Positions 13,268 through 28,200 of a stretch of 64,000 nucleotides of DNA are shown one piece after another. The notes under the pieces are model-generated. The model saw only the letters and a program-made list of their open reading frames with translations, made no database searches and was not told where the DNA came from. Position numbers and translations under genes: made by a program. The stretch covers positions 186,001-250,000 of the forward strand of contig JAQGDQ010000148.1 of assembly GCA_030141605.1 (NCBI GenBank). Reading direction: 5' to 3'. The first letter of the stretch is position 1; each line of letters starts with the position of its first letter. The stretch comes from Tubiluchus corallicola (lineage: Eukaryota > Animalia > Priapulida).

Positions 13268-16200
13268 TCATTCTTCTGGATTAGAACTCGTGTCAAACCA
13301 TGCCTTGAGCTGTTCTTCGTAATCCGAATCTAAGCCAAACCTTTCTAGATGCTCTGCTACATTTTTGCACAAAAGCACCGGTTTTGCAGGAGTTTGTTCC
13401 ATTTTGCTGGAGATGGTATTCGCTAATGCCATTATAAAACTGGACCTAAACGCAAAAAACGAATAATGGAAAATGTGTTTTTACAAGAAATAAGAGCATA
13501 CACAATGTACATTGTAAGCTGTGATTAACAAAAATTGTACCATTTTTCATTTGCGTCATCCTCAATATTTAGCGGATCATCAGCGTACAACTTCTCCGAC
13601 CGAGCCACCAGACATACTATTAATGAGGCACCGAACTGTAATAAATTATGACAATTAGAACACTCAACAGCCTATATATACTGGCTGAAAGCATCATCAA
13701 AAAACTATTACCATAAGATAATGCAGGTCATTTAAATGGCAACAAAAGCACAGACTGAAAACAATGCATTATTTTTTGGCATGTTTAAACCATGCCACGG
13801 TATTTAATGAGAGAGGCCATGGGGTTGTGTTTCTCAAAAAATAGTGCTGTGTGAACTCTTACTAATCTGTGATCATGAGCAAAAGCAAGTTTTTTAAAAA
13901 CAAAAGTGCCACTATTTCACAAACTGGTTCTATAAAGTTGTAAGAGTAAAAATAAAAAAACTTACACTAGATTGTATAATGCTGAAAGCAATTCTATTTT
14001 CCAAGTTCAGCAGCACCGAGGTTACTTCTAATATTTTGGACATGTCACAGCAGCTGAGTATGCGTGGAATTTCATGCAGAAATTCCGACAACACCTGCAA
14101 AAGCAATGTAGATAGCATACATTAAGACCATTCTCCCACTTAAAGCAATTACTAAGCATCTAAACAAAACAAATAAAATTGAGAAGTTTTTACTACATGT
14201 GATGCCACAGAAAGGTGCTGTGTGCACCACAGGTGCTCTACACCAACACTCCATTCTTTAACCTGCTGTACAATCAGCTGTGATTATTTGAAAAGACAAT
14301 TCATTAAAAGGCAAGTATGACATTAGCAGCCCTTTTCCCTAGAAACTACAAATTGCAATTACTGGAAGGTTGTGGTAGAAATATAATTGCGTATAAAGTA
14401 AACTTGCTTACAATACCTTTCTAAAAATTGAAACCCATTGGTAATTTTTAATAAAGCACAAGCTTTTACATTAGTGCTATTACCTGATCTTGAGCATCTT
14501 TTTTCTCTATAATTGGCAAGTTTTTGACAACTGCTATTATAATACTAAGAGCTTGTTCTGCAGGTGCAAAAGACAACATTCGGCGCACCAGCCGTTTCCC
14601 TTTCCGCACGCACATTAGCTGTAAGAAGAAATCACTTGGTACTCCATCAATACGCAGAGCTTTATACAACTGGTCGACTTTGAGTTTACGTATCTTCAAC
14701 ATCGCTTCCCTGAAAGGAAAGGAGCTTAAGAAGACAAAAAAGAGATTATTGGAACAAAGAAACCAAACCAGGAATGTATGGCAGAAGAGCTCGTGGGTAA
14801 TATACAAAGCATGAAAGTAAAGTATGAAAGTCAACAAACACAAACAAAATACTAAATTAGTTAAAAGTTAGTTTTTTTAATATCAACCTTTGAGTTTCTG
14901 GTAGAGCCAACATCTGCTTTTCAATGTCGTCAATCTCTAACAAAATGTTATAATTTTTCTCGATGTCAATCAGCAGCTGACGATGACGTCTGAACTCTTT
15001 ACTGGCAAAAGCCTTTGACACGTCTTCCTCACCAGTTGCCGTGGAAACAGCATCGATAATCTGTCTCGGATTGTTTACACTTGATACAGAAACCTTCCCC
15101 AGAGATCCCTCGAATTGAGCTAGTAGAAAAAGTGAAAGTGAAATTTTTTTACATCATTATTACTCAGAATAAAAACAAAAAATCTTTCTTTCATTACATT
15201 AAAAACTAAATTATGCAACAGTGACACACTTTCAAGTACTGTTAATGAGCCTCTTAGCTGCAGTTAATGCTATGCAACAGTTTGATATCATTCAAAAATC
15301 AAGCTGATTATCTCAAATTGTATAAGTACGGTAACATAAGGAACAAATGAAACTACTTGAGAGATACAAATAATACCTGCAAAACTAACAGATGACAGCT
15401 ACTGATATCTGATCCAAAATGAAGGTAAATAACCTTGCAGTTTCAACGTTGAGTAAAGGTACATTAAACATTAAAAAAACTCACTAAATCAATGTGTTTC
15501 CCTGAAAATTTATTCCATACCTGGCTTATAATTTCGAGTGTCTGTATGAGAGATAAGAGGCACAATAAGTTTGGGTTCTTCTGCTTCTGGCAAAGCACTT
15601 CTTGATGTTGCTTGTTTAGATTTTTCTCTTGCTTGTTTCTGCATAGTGTATGTCTGAAAATAAAATAAATACTAAACATGTCTTTTGCATCTATTCCACT
15701 GCCTATTGGGCTTGATAGCCTGAGAAATGTTTCCAATAAATTACTGTATTATTTTAGAATGCAGAAACAGCTTTAAGCATTCATTTTCCATGCTACGCCA
15801 GCAAATTATATGAAGCATGTAGACGGTATATGCAGCTTATTTATTCACAATATTTTAACATAATTTAGTATGCCTTCCTCAGATGTATTACTAATTATGC
15901 CAAAATACTATAAATAAATAAGCAGTGTATATTATCTACGTGTTTCTTAATTTTTTGATGTAGCATAAAGTCAATAATTTGGGAGATTCCAACAACGTAA
16001 ATTAGATATATTTTCAGCACTGTGCCTGCACTTTGATAAATTTGCTACTTTTTTCATATAATTGTTTCAGGTCAACTATTTAAAATCAGGAAGTCTGTGT
16101 AGATGAAGTATAAAATTTGTGGAAAGGCAAATTTGATTATAATGCATATACCAACAGAAAAAAATATTAAGCCACAAGATTAAAAATTATTACTTGTAAT

Positions 16201-19200
16201 GGGTTAAATAAAAATGCGCTTTATGCTGTCGGTCAGAGTGTCTTAATGTAAACTAAAATAGTGCAGAGTTTGCATCACTGACCAATAAAAATAAATCTTC
16301 TTCCTAGGCATTTTTTCTGAATAGAATCTGAATAGACGATATCTGAAAACAAAATTGTTTAACTTTTCGCAGCTTTATGGCCGGCACATTTCATAGTTTA
16401 AACAGAATACTGATAATACTGTTGGAGTTATGTTTAGTTTTACATATTTATTCAATACCAAGGTTGTAAGGAAAGAAAGCTGTACCGAAAAACTTTATTA
16501 GACATCATTTTATGCTAAGTTACCCAAAAAGATGTCTATTACATACAGTATAATAATAATCGTCTAAATAAGGATTGCTGGTCTGTAACTGCAACAGCTG
16601 AATCTTGATAATCCAATCTTTCTCTTTCTGTGTCATGATTCCAGCATAAGGGTCTTTACTGGTTGATATCTTTTCATTTCCATCAATGTCGTGGCCATCC
16701 CCATGATCGAATTTGCATGCATTCACTGCATTACGATCACTTATATTCATCGCGTCAGGAGCATGTGGCATCCGAAAACCGCGACCCACCATCCTGAAAT
16801 CATGATGGTTTAACCTAGCAACAAAAACATAAAATAAAAACACAACAACGAGAAATACATTCGAAACTCTGTAGTTTTTGATGACTGTCTTGTAATTATC
16901 CCACTAGTTTCAAAGAATTTTAAAACCACGAATTTCTTTTTTTTTTGCAGCAACAGATTCCATAATCGCAATAATTTGAAAAATTGATTTGCGGTAAAAC
17001 ACTTTTACTAACTAACATAAATAAACAACAGTGTGCAGATTTAATATAGTCAGCATGCAACTATTATCGTGAACCAGTAAAAATTAAAATATGCTCATAA
17101 TAACTTTGATAATTCTTGAAGCCAAATTTAAACAACTTTTGTGATCAGGTGAACATACAGAATTTTAGTGCTGAACTATTTAATTATAAATTACAGAAGT
17201 GATTAAAAAGTATGTCATAATCAATTATAAAGTGACGCTATTCTACAGATTATTTCGTTAAGATATGACAAATTACAGCACAAACCTGTTAGGGAATGGG
17301 CCAGAAAAATGTGGAAAATTTCTCCTCGGTCCGGGATCAGTGAATGGCAAAGACATTGACATTCTGAAATAATTATAATATTCTAGTTTGCCACACCACG
17401 AACAACAAAATCTATTTAGTGAAAAAACTTCGATAGCTAGAAGACTGGAAATATCTATAATGTGTAATACTAAACTCTAACAGATAAAAAATTCAGTTAT
17501 TGTAATTAAGTTCTGTGAAAGATAGTGGCAATTAAACACGAAAATAGATTATTATTATTATTTTGTATTTTGTACCTAGCAAGATTGTGCTGTGTTATCA
17601 GAACAATATCAGAGTATCAATATTAATGGTTACACGAGTGGAGAAGCTTCTAGAAAATTAGTTACAATAAAAACAATAAAATGGCATTGAAAGGCATGCA
17701 GAAAGAGACAGTTAGGGAGGGCAGATAGAGATTACGGAACTAAATATAAGCTAACGGTTTAATCAAAATGCAAAATAAACAGTCGAGTAATTTTATTTTA
17801 TAAAAAAATTTGTTATCTAAGAAAAGCATAAAATGCACCATAGCATACTCCATAGAATCCAAAGAATGCATAAAGTGAACCAGTGATTATTTATTTGTGG
17901 AACCATTTTTGATGAATCGTAATAAAGTCATTCATAACTTAGTTATGAGACACTGTTCATTTTCTCGTAGATGTTTTTTTTACTTAGAAATTTCATTTTG
18001 AAGTATGCTTACCTGGGATGCATTGGAGACATGCGAGGTGGAAATGGCATCCGAGCCGGAGGAGAAATGCGTCCACGCCCCAGACCCATTGCCAAAGCAA
18101 GAGACGGTGACATCATTGCTTGGTTAGGTGGTAGATGAGGAGATCCTCCTTAAAAACACCAGAAATTATCCTTAATTTGCATTACTTTGTAAAAGCAAAG
18201 AAAATCACCTATCTAGTGTAAACAGCATGTATTAGATGTTCCTATATAAATGAAAAATTGGTGGGCCAAATGGAACTGGTTTGATATCACAGACAGTTAT
18301 TATGATGGAATTAGGCAGATAGTGCTCCTTGAATATCCCAACTTAAAACAAAGACATAAGGTGATTGTACTGCCTTACATTCCTGCTTAGATCACGATAG
18401 TATTGCTTTTGTACCACATATCGAAATAGCTCAATGTCAAAGCTCATTGACCCAATGTTGAAGAGTTGAAATCTGAATTTAAAGCTTTCCAGAAATTTTT
18501 AATTAATCAATAATACATGCTTTATGGTTTCAGCTGAATCACTAATTTTTCTGTTGTAGAAATGACAGAAACTGTGACAATTCACTTTACTGACACATTT
18601 AGAAGTATTTAAATACCTACCAGGATACGATCCTGACAAATGTTGCAACCTTGTCCTTACTGCTGTAACCATGTTACTGGGTGGGACAGCACCAAGACTA
18701 ACAGCTTGTGACGGAGCTGAAGGTGTCATTCCAAGTCCAGGAGGTGGAGAGTTGATGTTGACTGTCCGAGGTGCCATCCCGTGAACTGGCTGTAGAGGGG
18801 TACCTCGCCCAATGTTAATATTACTCTGAAAATAATTAATTGTCACAGACAATAGCAAGCAGCAACAATAATTTATAACAATTACTTAGCTTTGGTGAAA
18901 CACAAGAGATTAAAAAAAGCAGAAGGTAAAAATACCAGTTTTCATTTACAGCAGTGGTGTGCAGTCGTTCAGCCCCATTCGCACTCCAATGACGTCGCAA
19001 AATCTCATTCGCACCACATCAAATTGGTGGCGGCAAACACAGAAAAATAGTCACAATTTAGTTCTGTGTAATTCAAACTATCATTCATCTCAGACAAATT
19101 CGGTAGAACGAATTTGCTTCTATATATCTTAATGCTTAAAAGAATTACAGAACTCTGTATTTTTAACTCGGTATATCGCTAAATTTCACACATAAATGCA

Positions 19201-22200
19201 CAAAACCCATTGCATTTGCTCCACTTACTCGGACATGCAGAAACTTTGTCAAAATGACTCTCTCATCATACAATGAATCTTACACACGGCTGCTCCTCGG
19301 TGGTGTGTAAAACTATGAGAATACTAATCAATAGAATCATAGAACAGCCGCAGACACATGTAAATTGCCTTATTTTCTGAAGAATTTGCATGCTGGTAAT
19401 TCATTTTTTCTGCGGCTGTCTTTTTTAATAAAATGCCAAAGCGGAAAATAACAAGTTGAACTTTGGAGGGAGAGAGAGAGAGAATGAAGTGGTGAAGTCG
19501 TGGTTTGCTTGTTTGGCCCGTGCCTTATTTTTCATATTTTTATTCCTGTTTATAATTTGCACTCATTCGCACACCTATTCTCATTTGCACCACACTTTTT
19601 CTCATTTGCACAAGTTTGGCATTGATCTCTTCAGAATGTTTGAAAAAGAAAGTGAGAAAAAAGAAAGGTGTTGAGGAACTTTAACGACGAGCTTTCTAAC
19701 ACTGAAAGGAATTATTATACATACAGCAAGCGGACGAGGTGGTGTGGCATAAGCTGTGCCCTGCTGATTTAGAATGTCCCTCTCAACTTCAGCCAGAGTT
19801 TTCACTTTAGGATGACCTTGCATTAGCTCTTTCTCTAACTCTTGCACAGTCTTAACGTCTGCAGGCATTGCATATGATTTATGAGGGGCAATGCCGCCAC
19901 CGACAGTGATCACTGATGGGTCCTATAAAAAAAGACCCGGCAAAGTCGCACATTATATTTTGGCAATTTTATTAGCAATTAAATTCTTAAAATTTGGACT
20001 TTTAACAGTATTTAAGCAAAATAGTCAATTTGGTTCATAACAAAACGTTCAAAATGTTTAAAAAGTTTAAAAGTTTAAACTGATGTGAGGTGCACGAGTT
20101 AAGCTTGGGCAACGTAGTAATTCTTTGAATGAGCTTATACAAATGTAAATTTTATTACAACATATGCTGACAACTGATTAACGTTTTACTGCCACATCCT
20201 GCTTTTCAGTCCACTATGTGGTTGTGATGTAAACCATAATCATTAGAATGAAGGAGAACAGCTGAGTCGTTAAGCATGTGCTTAGTGATTAGCATTAAGT
20301 TGTACTGGGTCTAATTAGTAAATGGATTATTAGATATATCACCAGGAAAACAGTTTCTCGGCAATTTCATCTGCTTTACCGTCTTAAAGCATACAAGATT
20401 CCCTGCTGGTTCAACATTCCAAGTTAGAGAATCATTCTTGACAATGGATTCAGGTCCAGCCATAATCATCAACACAATAAGCAGATCTTGCTGATAACTA
20501 TCAGATTTCATGATTTCATCTTCTAAAACTTCAAAAACAACAAAATAGAAAATTATTTAACAAGGAAAGAATCAAAACTTCTTACATCAAAGGGAGGTGG
20601 TGCACTCGAAGACATGTTGTTAATAACAGGTGATTTTGTGCTATGAAATTTTGTCAACACGACTCTTAGAGGGTCCTCTTCCACACTACGGCTACCAGAA
20701 TACCGATCACGTGCCGGACTTCCCCAAATGTTTGCATGTCCAGGTGATACCTAAATATAGACACAATAACAAAAATGATAAATTAACTTGATTTCTGCTG
20801 GTAAAATACAAATTTTTATTCTTACAACAAAGTCACACAAAGGTTCAAAATGCAATCCACACTCTCTTTTGACTTTGCTATACTGATACTGCAAATAATT
20901 TTAGAAGCAAAAATAATGAATTCTGTTACCAGATTCAGGAGCTTGTTAAACTAAGAACCTAAACTTCCAAATGTTCGAAAACTAATTCCTACATAAGTAA
21001 CGTCTTTCTGAATCAAAAAATTCTTACCAAGCTTGCAGCATCTAGTAATGCTGGAGGTGACGTAGGGCTGTTAAAGATTTCATCGAGATTCTGTTGAACT
21101 TTCTGCAGCACAAACCAAATCATAAAAACCAAACAAAAATAATATTTGCTATTGTACAGAGAAGCAATCCTGCTTTTCATTATTATATATTAATTTATCT
21201 CTTATTCTATCATGGAAATGGCAAGCACATTATGTATGCTGATACAGAGACTCATTATACTCATTTTTCCTTTATTATTTATGCATGTTACATTCAAATC
21301 CTGCTATACTCTGTTACAATTTGAATCAATAGTCAAGTTGAAAAAACATTCCAACTACATAAATAAATTTCAGTTGGTTTAAAACTGTGAGTAGTGACAC
21401 CTGTACGTAAGGTATTGAATGATTGTATGGCATCATCCTATTGCTATAATAATTGACACACTTTGGCAAAAATGTAAAAACACAGTGTGTGAAGGTAGCT
21501 TACTCCCGGAATAGGAATGCTCCGAGAAACATTCATGATAGCCGGATCATCCAATTCATCTTCCACCAGCTCATTAAGGGTTTTCTCCAAATTCTGAGAA
21601 AAACAAGTAAACAATGAAATATGTACACAACTAAGTTAAGGAAAAAGTAAAATTTTAAAAGAAAACTTTATCATACTTATTTCGCAAATAACTGAATAAA
21701 TACCAAGCATAGATGCTCAGAAAGTAGAATATCTTAGGTTTGAGTCCCATTAGAGCTGCAAAATTTTTTAAACTTTTTAATTTAGTATTGCTTCCGTGCA
21801 TTTATATGATTTACATGTATGTTTCAATACAAGCATATATATTTCTTTTACATATATGTCAAAAAATGATTTATAATCAAAATATGGCACATAAAAGAAT
21901 TTGAAGGCCACAATGAACACTTCAAAACAGCCCAAGAGGAGAACATTCTAAAGCTAGCATTATATCATTTTTAGTAAATAATTTATCATAACATTTCGAG
22001 GATCAGGGCACTCATATGCACTAGTATAAATTTTTCACAAAAGTAAATGACCTAATCTTTTACTATGAAAAATAAAAAATAAATAGAAATTATCAAGTTA
22101 ATCATTAGGCTTTTACACCACACCTCTTCTTCATCCTCTAGTTTTTCTGAAGATGCTCGACCTCCATGATTATCAACAGCTAAATGTTCACTGTCCAAAT

Positions 22201-25200
22201 TACATTTTTCAAATTCAGTCAGTTCTGCAAGCTTCTCGTGGTCGTCATGAACCCAACCTTTAAATATACACAAAGATTCTCATTACTTTTTATGCAATAC
22301 TATATGTTTTACATGTCAAATGTAGATTTAGGTAATTCAAGTGTGTCTTGGTAACTCAAATGTAGACTTAGGTAGTTCAAATGTGTTAACAATGGTTTTC
22401 AACAAATCTTAAGCGTTTTTGGCAAGTCAAATGTAGACACATGTCAAGACAAATGTGACAGTGGTATCTCAAATGTGGATAGGTGGTAAAGCTTCAGGAT
22501 GTTAAATTTAATCTCCTATAATCTTAATTTAATAATTTCTCTTAAGACTGTCAAAATAATAACTTTACAGGTCTACTAATAGTTTACTAATATTCTGTAA
22601 ACTTTACATACAATTGGAACTGTTAGAAAAAACAATACATTCTTAAAATAAACAATGTTTCTTGAGAGAAACTAAATCATTAATGCAGTGCTAATGCATT
22701 ATTTAAAAAACTAATTAGTGATTCACTGTGCATTGGGAAGTGGGAACCAATTTATTCTTTTCTGCCAATGTTATGGTTTATCAAAGAATTTGGTTTGAGG
22801 ATAAATAACGCATAAGTTTTCAAAGTTATGAAAGAGGTGATGACTATCTTTGGTTTATCTTTTTGTAATTTGCACTTAAATGAGTTAATTACCGATTTAT
22901 TCAAAGTAATGCATCCACATTTGACTTACCTAAGTCACATTTGAGTTACCAAAACATATTCGAAATTGCTATGCTTACATTTGACTTACCCATGTCACAT
23001 TTGAGTTACCAAAACACATTTGAAATTCTTATGTCTACATTTGACTTACCTAAGTCACATTTGAACTTTCCTGAGTCTACATTTGACGTGTAAAACGTAT
23101 AGCTTGACAGTTATTGTTAGTTTAAATGCGTACTGTACACATATATTGTATAATGTAAGCTAATTTAATTAAAAAACAGAAAATACTTTTCATAAATTAA
23201 GCTTTAAGAATTCTTGAAATTTTTTATTACTTGAAGGCTGTCTTATTGTAAACAGGGCTTGTGTAACCAATAACGCTATATAATACTGATTTTAAAAATA
23301 CACCAGTACCTATGTGGGGACAGGTGCTATGCAACAACTTGCAATTTTAAAATAATCCCATTAATAATTCCACTACGTAGGCCACAATGACTGAGATGGA
23401 CACTGTGCTGGTCACTGTCAACGTGTTGGGTGTTTTCGCTAGCAGTGCACCCTTCTCTCTGAGACTATGTGTAGCACGTAATCTGGTGCCATACATTTAA
23501 ATGCCATGCTCGCAAACGTAGAGACATTGCTAGACTTGCACAAAAAACGAGGCAAACAAGGGGTGCCAATTTCTAATACAAATTCAAAGATATGCTGATA
23601 GCAAACAATGCACACCATGTTGTACAGTACAATAACAGCATTCAATTGTTAGGCAAAAATAGCCCTTTAGGACACACTTAAGAAGTAGTAATTGATAAGC
23701 AGGATAATCTTTTGTGCATGTGCGGCACTTAAATCTATGTCTGGCACAAAATTCCTAACAGTCACATTAAAAGATGCAATAGTGGATGGCACACCCTAAC
23801 AACTGCTTATGAAATAAAGAGTTGTGATATCTTAATTCACTATGAAGGAGTGGTTCCCAGCATTTTCTATGTGAAATAGACATTGAATGTTTTGAATGGT
23901 CTGATAATGGTGGTTTACTTTGATGTGTCATCAATAAATGATTATGGCAGTTAATTTTAATCACATTACAATTTTGATGTCATTGGCCATTAAGCAACAG
24001 GCATAGCATTCTATAAAAACCACCTGTATCTTGCATCTGCCCCAGCAAACAGGTTCATCAATGAACAGACAACTTTCCTAAATAAGTCTATAGATAGTAT
24101 TACTTTGCATTCTGCCTGATTGCCCATTAAATGAACTATCGCAATGTACATCCCAAAACACATGACATTTAACGAAGCCAAAGGAATTAAAACTAACAAA
24201 ATAGAATCAATTTGGTGTAATATTGAAAACTACATTGTAGGTGTCATTTATAAGCCACCAAATCAAAAATATAAAACTTTTTTGAAACATTTTGAAATTG
24301 AACTCGAATGTGCTGTGCTTGAAAATCAACCAGTTTTATTAATGGGGGATTTTAATATCAATATTAGTTCAACAAATACTGCTCAGTGCAAAAAGTATAA
24401 AGAAGTCTTGGACCAATATAACACAGAAATACTAAACGTAAGTAATAAACCCACTAGAATCACTAAAACATCATCTACTACCATAGACCACTTTATCTCA
24501 AACGCTAAAGACAATTTCCAAGTACAAGAAAACTTCTCGTGTGATTATTCTGATCATGATTTTATAATATTAGTAGACAAAAAAGAACCAACCAAAAACA
24601 ATACAGGCACAGTCTGGAAAACAGTCAGAGATTATTCTACATATAATAAAGATATATTTCAAGATATATCTGGACTGGAGTAATATTTACACAAACACTG
24701 ACATTGACATACAAATAAACACATTAATAAATAATATGGAATACTGCCTGGATATCTATGCACCGTATAAAAAAGTTAAACTACATCAGCAGCAATCTAA
24801 TGCAAAATCTGCTTGCCCTTGGACTGATACAGAACTCGCAAGACTAAGACACAATAAAAATGAATTATATAGAACATATTTACATTTAAAAGGTAAAAGC
24901 AATTACGATAATTACAAAAAGGCACGAAATAAATTTAATAACTACAACAGGAAGCTCAAAAATAAATATTATATTAATAAATGCAATGATGCAACTACAC
25001 CTAAGCAAAAATGGCGATTAATTAATGACGTACTTAACAGATACAGAAACGATCAATTACAAATAAACAGCTTACGAGAAAATGACAGTATGATATCTGA
25101 TCCAGTTGACATTGCTAACAAATTAAATTCCACATTTATCAATCTCGGAAAATTTGACAACTTGCCACGCCAACATAATGCAAATATACACAATATATAC

Positions 25201-28200
25201 AAAAACCAATCAGTAACACAATCCACTTTCTCATTTACCAGCGTCACCGAATACGACATCTTTAAAATATTAAACAGTTTAAATATAAATAAAGGAAGTG
25301 GACCCTCAGACATGCCAATAAAAATCTTAAAAGACTGTGCCAGCATCATTACTCCTCATCTAACATATATCACAAACCAAGTCTTAATGCGCTCAGAATT
25401 TCCAGCAGTGTGTAAACAAGCAAACATAACTCCAATACACAAGAAAGATGCTAAAGATGACGCTAAAAACTACAGACCAATTTCAGTAGTGCATGTACTA
25501 GCCAAAGTATTTGAAAGAGTTATCTACAACCAAATAAATCATTACATTGAAAATAATACGTTACTGTCAAATCATCAATTCGGTTTTAGAAAACTACATT
25601 CTACAATAGATGCAATAATTGATGCCACTGAAAAGTGGCGTTACAACTTAAATAAAAACAAATATATAACAGCAGCATTTTTAGATCTAAGTAAAGCTTT
25701 TGACAGCCTCGATCACAATTTACTACTAGACAACTTACGCCAACTAGGATTCGATTATACTTCTCTCAAACTAATTAATAATTACCTACACAATAGAAAA
25801 CAAAGAGTCAAGCTGAACAAACACACTTTTTCAACATGGGACACACCACAGAGAGGCATCCCACAAGGTACGATATTAGGTCCTTTACTCTTTTGTTTAT
25901 ATGTTAATAAAATTCATTTAGTTTTACATAATTCAGACTTAACACAATATGCCAATGATACAACTATCTATACAGCACACGCAGACTTTCTAACATCAAA
26001 AAAAATCTAGAAAAAGACATAACAAATATAAATGCAGCATTTAACTATTTTGGTTTAAAAATGAATGATGATAAGACAGAATTTATGGTAATATCACCCA
26101 AATCAAATGACATTACTTCTAATGCAACACTAAAAGTAGGTGACTGTTCCATAGAACAAGCAAAAAATGTAAAATTTTTAGGCATTACTGTCAATAATAA
26201 ACTCACTTGGGATGAACAGTTTCAACAAATACACAACAAGATGGCATTAAGCACGGCATTCTTACGCCAAACCAGAGGCCATCTGACCAAAAAAACAAAA
26301 ATTCTCATCTACAAAAGTCTAATATTACCACATTATCTGTATGGTTGCACCTTACGTCAAAACGTTAAGAATGAAAACTTTAGAAAACTAAATACAATGC
26401 AAAACTACGCACTTAGATTAATTCATGGCTATTCTAATAAAACTGCTAAACAACATGCTGCATCTGCAACAAGCTTAAGAACGTCCACAAAAATACCAAT
26501 ATTAGAAGCCTATCGAGATTACAAAACACTGATATTTCTTTATAAATATATCAACAAACTGAGCATTCCATTTATAAACAATCCCTTAGCATTCATTCCT
26601 GATACCACTTTAAACAATAGAACACACAATTTAAAGCAAATTACAGTAAACAACAAATTTGGAAATAACTCTATATCAAAACAGGCCATACATTTATGGA
26701 ACTTACTACCCAGTGAAATAAAACTAATAGAATCTCTCCACCACTTTAAAAAGAAATTAAAAGAATATCAATATAACAGGTTTCAACTTCCACATTGTGC
26801 ATCTGATACTAATTACACAGACTCAATTTTCATCTACCCCCGCCCCTAAATCCATAAAACGATTAAATATGTAAAATTAAAAAAAAAATTATGTAATGTT
26901 TCTGTTAATTGTGTCATGTTAAATGTATATACAGTGTAAAATATGTCTTGTAAAATTTAATGTTTTTTTTGTAATATTGTTTTGTAAAAATATTTTAATA
27001 TTGTGTTTGTAAATATGTTCATTTATTGTATATAATTAGGCCTTAGTTTTACACTTTAGTTTTTTTAGTCTGCACTGGACGCATTTGTCTTGAACAGTGT
27101 TGTTTTTAACATTACGCTGAGGATTACTCAATTTTATTGTAATGAGTAAGCCGTTTTTAATGACAAATAAAGAATTTATATATATATATCTATTTCTAAC
27201 GAGCTTCTTCTGAAGTCTATATAATTTTTCTGCTACTTGTAAAGTTGAGTTAACAAAGCAGCCCACCAAGCACTATGTTATCTCCTGGAGGCTCCCGATT
27301 GAGGTTATCCCCGAGGCTAGGCATACGCCAAGTAACTAGGTAAGGCCTATTTTATATTTTGTTATATTACATGGTCTTGTAAACATTTAATTCATCATGT
27401 AGTTTCAAGTAAATCTGTCATGTCATGTACTAATATTTTCTTCCTAACATGAAGCTAGGCTGTTTATTATCAGTATATAATAGGCCAAAAGCTATTGTTG
27501 TATTAATGTGATTAATCTACTTAATCATCTCAATGTAAATATCATTATATAATATTGCTTAATAATTATGCACATATTTTAATTACCAGTTCTTGGTTCT
27601 TCTTTAGCTAAACAATACAACTACAGGAGGCGACGCTTAATAGACTCATGGTTAATTGACTCAAAAACGTCTAGTATGGGCCGCTTCTATTCAAATATAC
27701 ATAAAAACTGTCGGTAATTGACTCAAATAACACCCAAAGAGCCCTTCCTACTTTTATGCCATCTTTACTTCGCTTTTGTGCTCTATAATATATGTAGAAA
27801 CAATCACGTTAAGTACCGTTTTGTTTTTAAGCAGGTACAGTACATTTATCATGTGCTAATAGGGTGCTCATAGCGTAAAGGGTTTTGCTTTGAATCTGTC
27901 ACCTGCTCGTCCACGGCAATTAATCTTGCTAACCAAGAATTTCTGGAAGCTAAACATTTACTCACTTGTCTAGCGGTTTCTTTTTGAAGCTCTCATTGCA
28001 AATCTCACTTTCATACTTAATCAGTTAACAGTTGCAGGTACAGTCACTTTTGCAAATAAACAGACTGTGTGATTATAAATTAATTAAATAAATTTATTAC
28101 GTTTTAATTTTTAATTTAGTAGTATACTTTTTAATTTATTGCTAATTCACTTATATAAATTAATATTTTAAAATATTTTTAACTGCACAAAGGAATTTAG

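Noticed and set aside
14524-14814. 96-aa plus-strand ORF
   Set aside because: It is antisense to PATL1 exon 14709-14484.
18950-19620. CAGTGGTGTGC start and repeated CTCATT(C/T)GCAC motifs suggesting a hAT-like element
   Set aside because: I could not identify a matching second terminus or a TSD by eye.
21705-21775. B-box-like GGTTTGAGTCCC suggesting a tRNA/SINE
   Set aside because: There is no convincing A-box or cloverleaf; too degenerate to call.
22915-23090. Regularly spaced repeats resembling a CRISPR array
   Set aside because: The context is a eukaryotic intron, the 'spacers' are themselves repeats, there are no cas genes, and an inverted partner arm shows it is a foldback element.
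24144-26849. RT ORFs as a novel retron/DGR-like or domesticated RT system
   Set aside because: It is an ordinary APE-RT LINE architecture with frameshifts, a mutated YADD and 5' truncation.
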